A stretch of DNA of 43,825 bases from Opitutales bacterium. GTDB lineage: Bacteria; Verrucomicrobiota; Verrucomicrobiia; Opitutales; Coraliomargaritaceae. The DNA lies in NCBI GenBank assembly GCA_049598495.1, contig JBMYNR010000012.1:1-43825 (forward strand), in the 5' to 3' direction. Shown here in pieces: positions 41,400-43,825 of this stretch (positions are counted from its first letter, which is position 1; the number at the start of each line of letters is the position of its first letter). The notes beneath the pieces were generated by a model. It searched no databases, had not been told where the DNA came from, and saw only the letters and a program-made list of their open reading frames with translations. The position numbers were made by a program, and so were the translations under genes.

Positions 41400-42440
41400 C
41401 TAATCAGTAATCGCCTCTGACTCCGGCGCATCACTACTTGGAGCGATGGTGGGATTCTTCTCCGGGCGCGGCAGTGTTTTCACCGAGAACTTGAGTGCCT
41501 CATCGCCACGCATCACTTCAACCGGCGTGAACTGATTTGCCCGGGTGAAGAAGATCGCGCCGGGGACGTCGAAGACATCCTCAATCGAGCGGCCGGCGAT
41601 CGAAACCAAGCGGTCACCCTCCAGCAGCCCTGCTTCCGCTGCGGGAGCATCTTCAACGACTTTTGAGAGATAAACGCCATGACTATCATCTTCAAGAAGC
41701 CGGGAGCTAACTTCAAAACCCATCCAGCCATGGATCATATGTCCGGAAAACAATAGATCATCCCGCACACGTATCAGCGCATCGACCGGCAATGAGAACG
41801 AGCCATCCAGTTCAGCAATGGAAGCCACAGACATTCCGATGAAGCGCCCGTTCAAATCAAGAATCGGGCAGCCCCCTTGCCCACCATCTACGGGGATCGA
41901 GGTGCGAATGTAGTTGGCCGGAAACACTTTATTGCCCAGTTTCTTTTCTACTCCGGTAAAGAGACCCATCACTGGAGTCGGACCGAAATCCAACGGGCAT
42001 GTAATCGCCACTGCGATCGCCCCGATCTCAGGGATCGGCTCCGTCGGATCGAGCTGGATAATCGCAAATTCCTCTGGCGGTTCCAACACGCGTAGAACTG
42101 AGACATTTGTCAGACGGTCGTGGCCGATCGCTTCGGTCGCGTAAGGCTTCCCATCGTGCTCAATCCAGACACGCGTCGCGCCCGCCGCCCGACTGGCGCT
42201 GACCAAAACGTGCCCTTCCTTACTTATGAAAAAGCCGGTCCCTACGCGAAGCATGACCTGCGTTTTTCCGTCAACTTCAGCGCCCGCATAAGCTGCCTTA
42301 ACACGAACAATCGCTCCCTTGTTTTGCTCGTAAATATCGAGCAACCTCTGCTCTAGGGCCATCGCATCGGCCGCATTGCCCATCGCAATGCATGCCGAAA
42401 AAACAGAAAGGGCCAGCAACCAAACTGTAACGCGGAGCAT
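41400..42440 (-). CDS. HtrA/S1C-fold protein with one PDZ domain; catalytic triad substituted
   Basis: GTGFFISKEG, GHDRLTNVSVL, IRTSIPVDGGQGGCPILDLNGRFIG; PDZ motifs GWMG and PAAEAGLLEGD; signal peptide. Confidence 0.85.
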   Translation of the reverse strand: MLRVTVWLLALSVFSACIAMGNAADAMALEQRLLDIYEQNKGAIVRVKAAYAGAEVDGKTQVMLRVGTGFFISKEGHVLVSASRAAGATRVWIEHDGKPYATEAIGHDRLTNVSVLRVLEPPEEFAIIQLDPTEPIPEIGAIAVAITCPLDFGPTPVMGLFTGVEKKLGNKVFPANYIRTSIPVDGGQGGCPILDLNGRFIGMSVASIAELDGSFSLPVDALIRVRDDLLFSGHMIHGWMGFEVSSRLLEDDSHGVYLSKVVEDAPAAEAGLLEGDRLVSIAGRSIEDVFDVPGAIFFTRANQFTPVEVMRGDEALKFSVKTLPRPEKNPTIAPSSDAPESEAITD

Positions 42441-42454
42441 CAGCTTTACGGCCC

Positions 42455-43003
42455 TTAATAGACGAAACCAGTGACGACACCAGCCACCGCAAACGTAGCC
42501 GCATCAGAGGTGTACGCTTCTATATCATAGCTCGCGACCTCGAAACCATCGAGTGAGTAGTCTGGTGTATATGTCATATTATCTGAAACAGGCGAAATTG
42601 ACTCCAGCTGATAATCCGGAGTCACCGCAGCATCCAGGTCAGACATAGCCACTTCAACCGACTGTATGAATGAGCCAGGAGTGCCAGGAGAGCCAGGAGA
42701 TGCCACAACGGCAAGCTGTGGCTCCGCCGGATTGGTGGCATCCACAAAGGCAGGGCGAACCACCATCATTGCCACAACCGCAGCTGCAGCCACAACCGCA
42801 GTCGTTTGCGAAATCCGACCGGAAAGCGCACGAAGGAGTTGAATGTACCAAGGATCCTTACGGACCAGGGTGCGCAACATGCGCTGATGAAGCTCGCGGT
42901 CAAAATCGCTCCAAAAAGCTTTATCGGGCTTCTCCGCACGTTTCATACGTAGAAGTTCTTCTAATTTAACTTCTTTTTGATGGGCCTTGTTCAAATGTGC
43001 CAT
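42455..43003 (-). CDS. Probable anti-sigma factor (single TM)
   Basis: Directly downstream of the ECF sigma gene; basic N-domain LEELLRMKRAEKPDKAFW, one TM helix, acidic C-terminus. Confidence 0.6.
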   Translation of the reverse strand: MAHLNKAHQKEVKLEELLRMKRAEKPDKAFWSDFDRELHQRMLRTLVRKDPWYIQLLRALSGRISQTTAVVAAAAVVAMMVVRPAFVDATNPAEPQLAVVASPGSPGTPGSFIQSVEVAMSDLDAAVTPDYQLESISPVSDNMTYTPDYSLDGFEVASYDIEAYTSDAATFAVAGVVTGFVY

Positions 43004-43024
43004 AGCTTGCTTGTAGAGGGTGCG

Positions 43025-43660
43025 TTATTTACCAATGTAGTCCTGCAGATAGGATTGAAGTTGTTGTTTTGCGTAGTGTAGCCGGGAACGAACCGTGCCT
43101 ACGGAAGTCTTCGTAATTTCCGCAATCTGAGCATGCTCGAGCCCTTCAATTTCATGTAAAATAACGACCGTGCGATGCTTAGGAGACAACTTTTGGAGCG
43201 CGTCGTTCAATTTTTCCTGTAATTCGCTCATCAAAACACCCTTTTCTGAGCGGGTTTTGGCCGTCAGTCTCTCAAAAATCTCCGTGTTCGACACCTCTTC
43301 GTCGATCTTCTCGTAGCTAATGAAGCGCCGGCGGTTGCGCTTCTTGAGAAAGGTCATGGTCGTATTGATGGCAATGCGGTAGATCCAAGTAAAGAAGGAC
43401 GAGTTCCCCTTAAAACGCCCGATCGCCTGAAACGCCTTGATGAAGGTCTCTTGAGTCAGGTCCGAGGCGTCTTCACGGTTACTCGTCATGTTGTAGATAA
43501 CCGAAAAAATATGTTCTCGGTATTTCTGTACAAGCTGGTCGAATGCGCCCACATGGCCCGCCTGAACCCGCTGGACAATGGCCCAATCGAGGTCTCGCTC
43601 AGAGCTCGTCTTCTCTTGAACGGAAATGATTGATTTTGTAACTGCTCCCGTATCGGCCAT
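43025..43660 (-). CDS. ECF-type RNA polymerase sigma-70 factor (RpoE-like)
   Basis: AFDQLVQKY, DLTQETFIKAF, FFTWIYRIAIN (region 2) and GTVRSRLHYAK (region 4) motifs. Confidence 0.95.
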   Translation of the reverse strand: MADTGAVTKSIISVQEKTSSERDLDWAIVQRVQAGHVGAFDQLVQKYREHIFSVIYNMTSNREDASDLTQETFIKAFQAIGRFKGNSSFFTWIYRIAINTTMTFLKKRNRRRFISYEKIDEEVSNTEIFERLTAKTRSEKGVLMSELQEKLNDALQKLSPKHRTVVILHEIEGLEHAQIAEITKTSVGTVRSRLHYAKQQLQSYLQDYIGK

Positions 43661-43825
43661 GAATTACCGACTAACTAAAGGGATTTAGGTCGAAATTGCA
43701 AAAGCTAATATCACCTACCAAAAGGTTCGTTTCGGTCGGGCGGTTTCGCCCTGCCCCGTCAAACCTTATTGGGCGTGTCGGACTTAGGAAGTCCTCCCCG
43801 CAGTTGAGTGTTTGCTAGTTGTTGA

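Noticed and set aside
42672..42702. GCCAGGAG tandem repeat
   Set aside because: It encodes a short SPGSPGTPGS linker in the anti-sigma protein.

Overview
A gene-dense bacterial chromosomal window. Gene content and style suggest Verrucomicrobiota (Opitutia-like); this is an inference only. It is mostly core genes: an nfeD-nfeD-floA operon, an aldose epimerase, trkA/trkH, rmuC, a zinc-type TonB receptor with Fur/Zur and MerC-like neighbours, truA, a TSUP exporter, ruvC, an SDR, recD2, an acyl-ACP synthetase, obgE, dsbD, SOUL, GT2, rhomboid, prc, carA, arsR, a KamA radical SAM enzyme, DUF481, rny, gmk, gcvT/gcvP and an ECF sigma/anti-sigma/HtrA-like operon. The first ~17 kb carries many small repeat elements. 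(1) A REP-associated tyrosine transposase (RAYT) lies between rmuC and a Smr gene, and its REP hairpins are translated in frame within its own ORF. (2) A GxxExxY (PD-(D/E)XK-like) gene bounded by inverted short-period repeats splits trkA from trkH, and three gene-less repeat sites of similar design lie nearby. (3) A 94-bp insert in the truA 3' end has a 24-bp palindromic direct repeat and a synonymously recoded gene end. (4) There are two MITE-like elements and several GTAG-led REP hairpins. Two proteins are unusual: the HtrA homologue lacks all three catalytic triad residues, and GcvP looks like a fusion of the split (PA+PB) type. No rRNA, tRNA, CRISPR array, integrase or reverse transcriptase was seen. 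All family calls come from motif recognition by eye, not from database searches.
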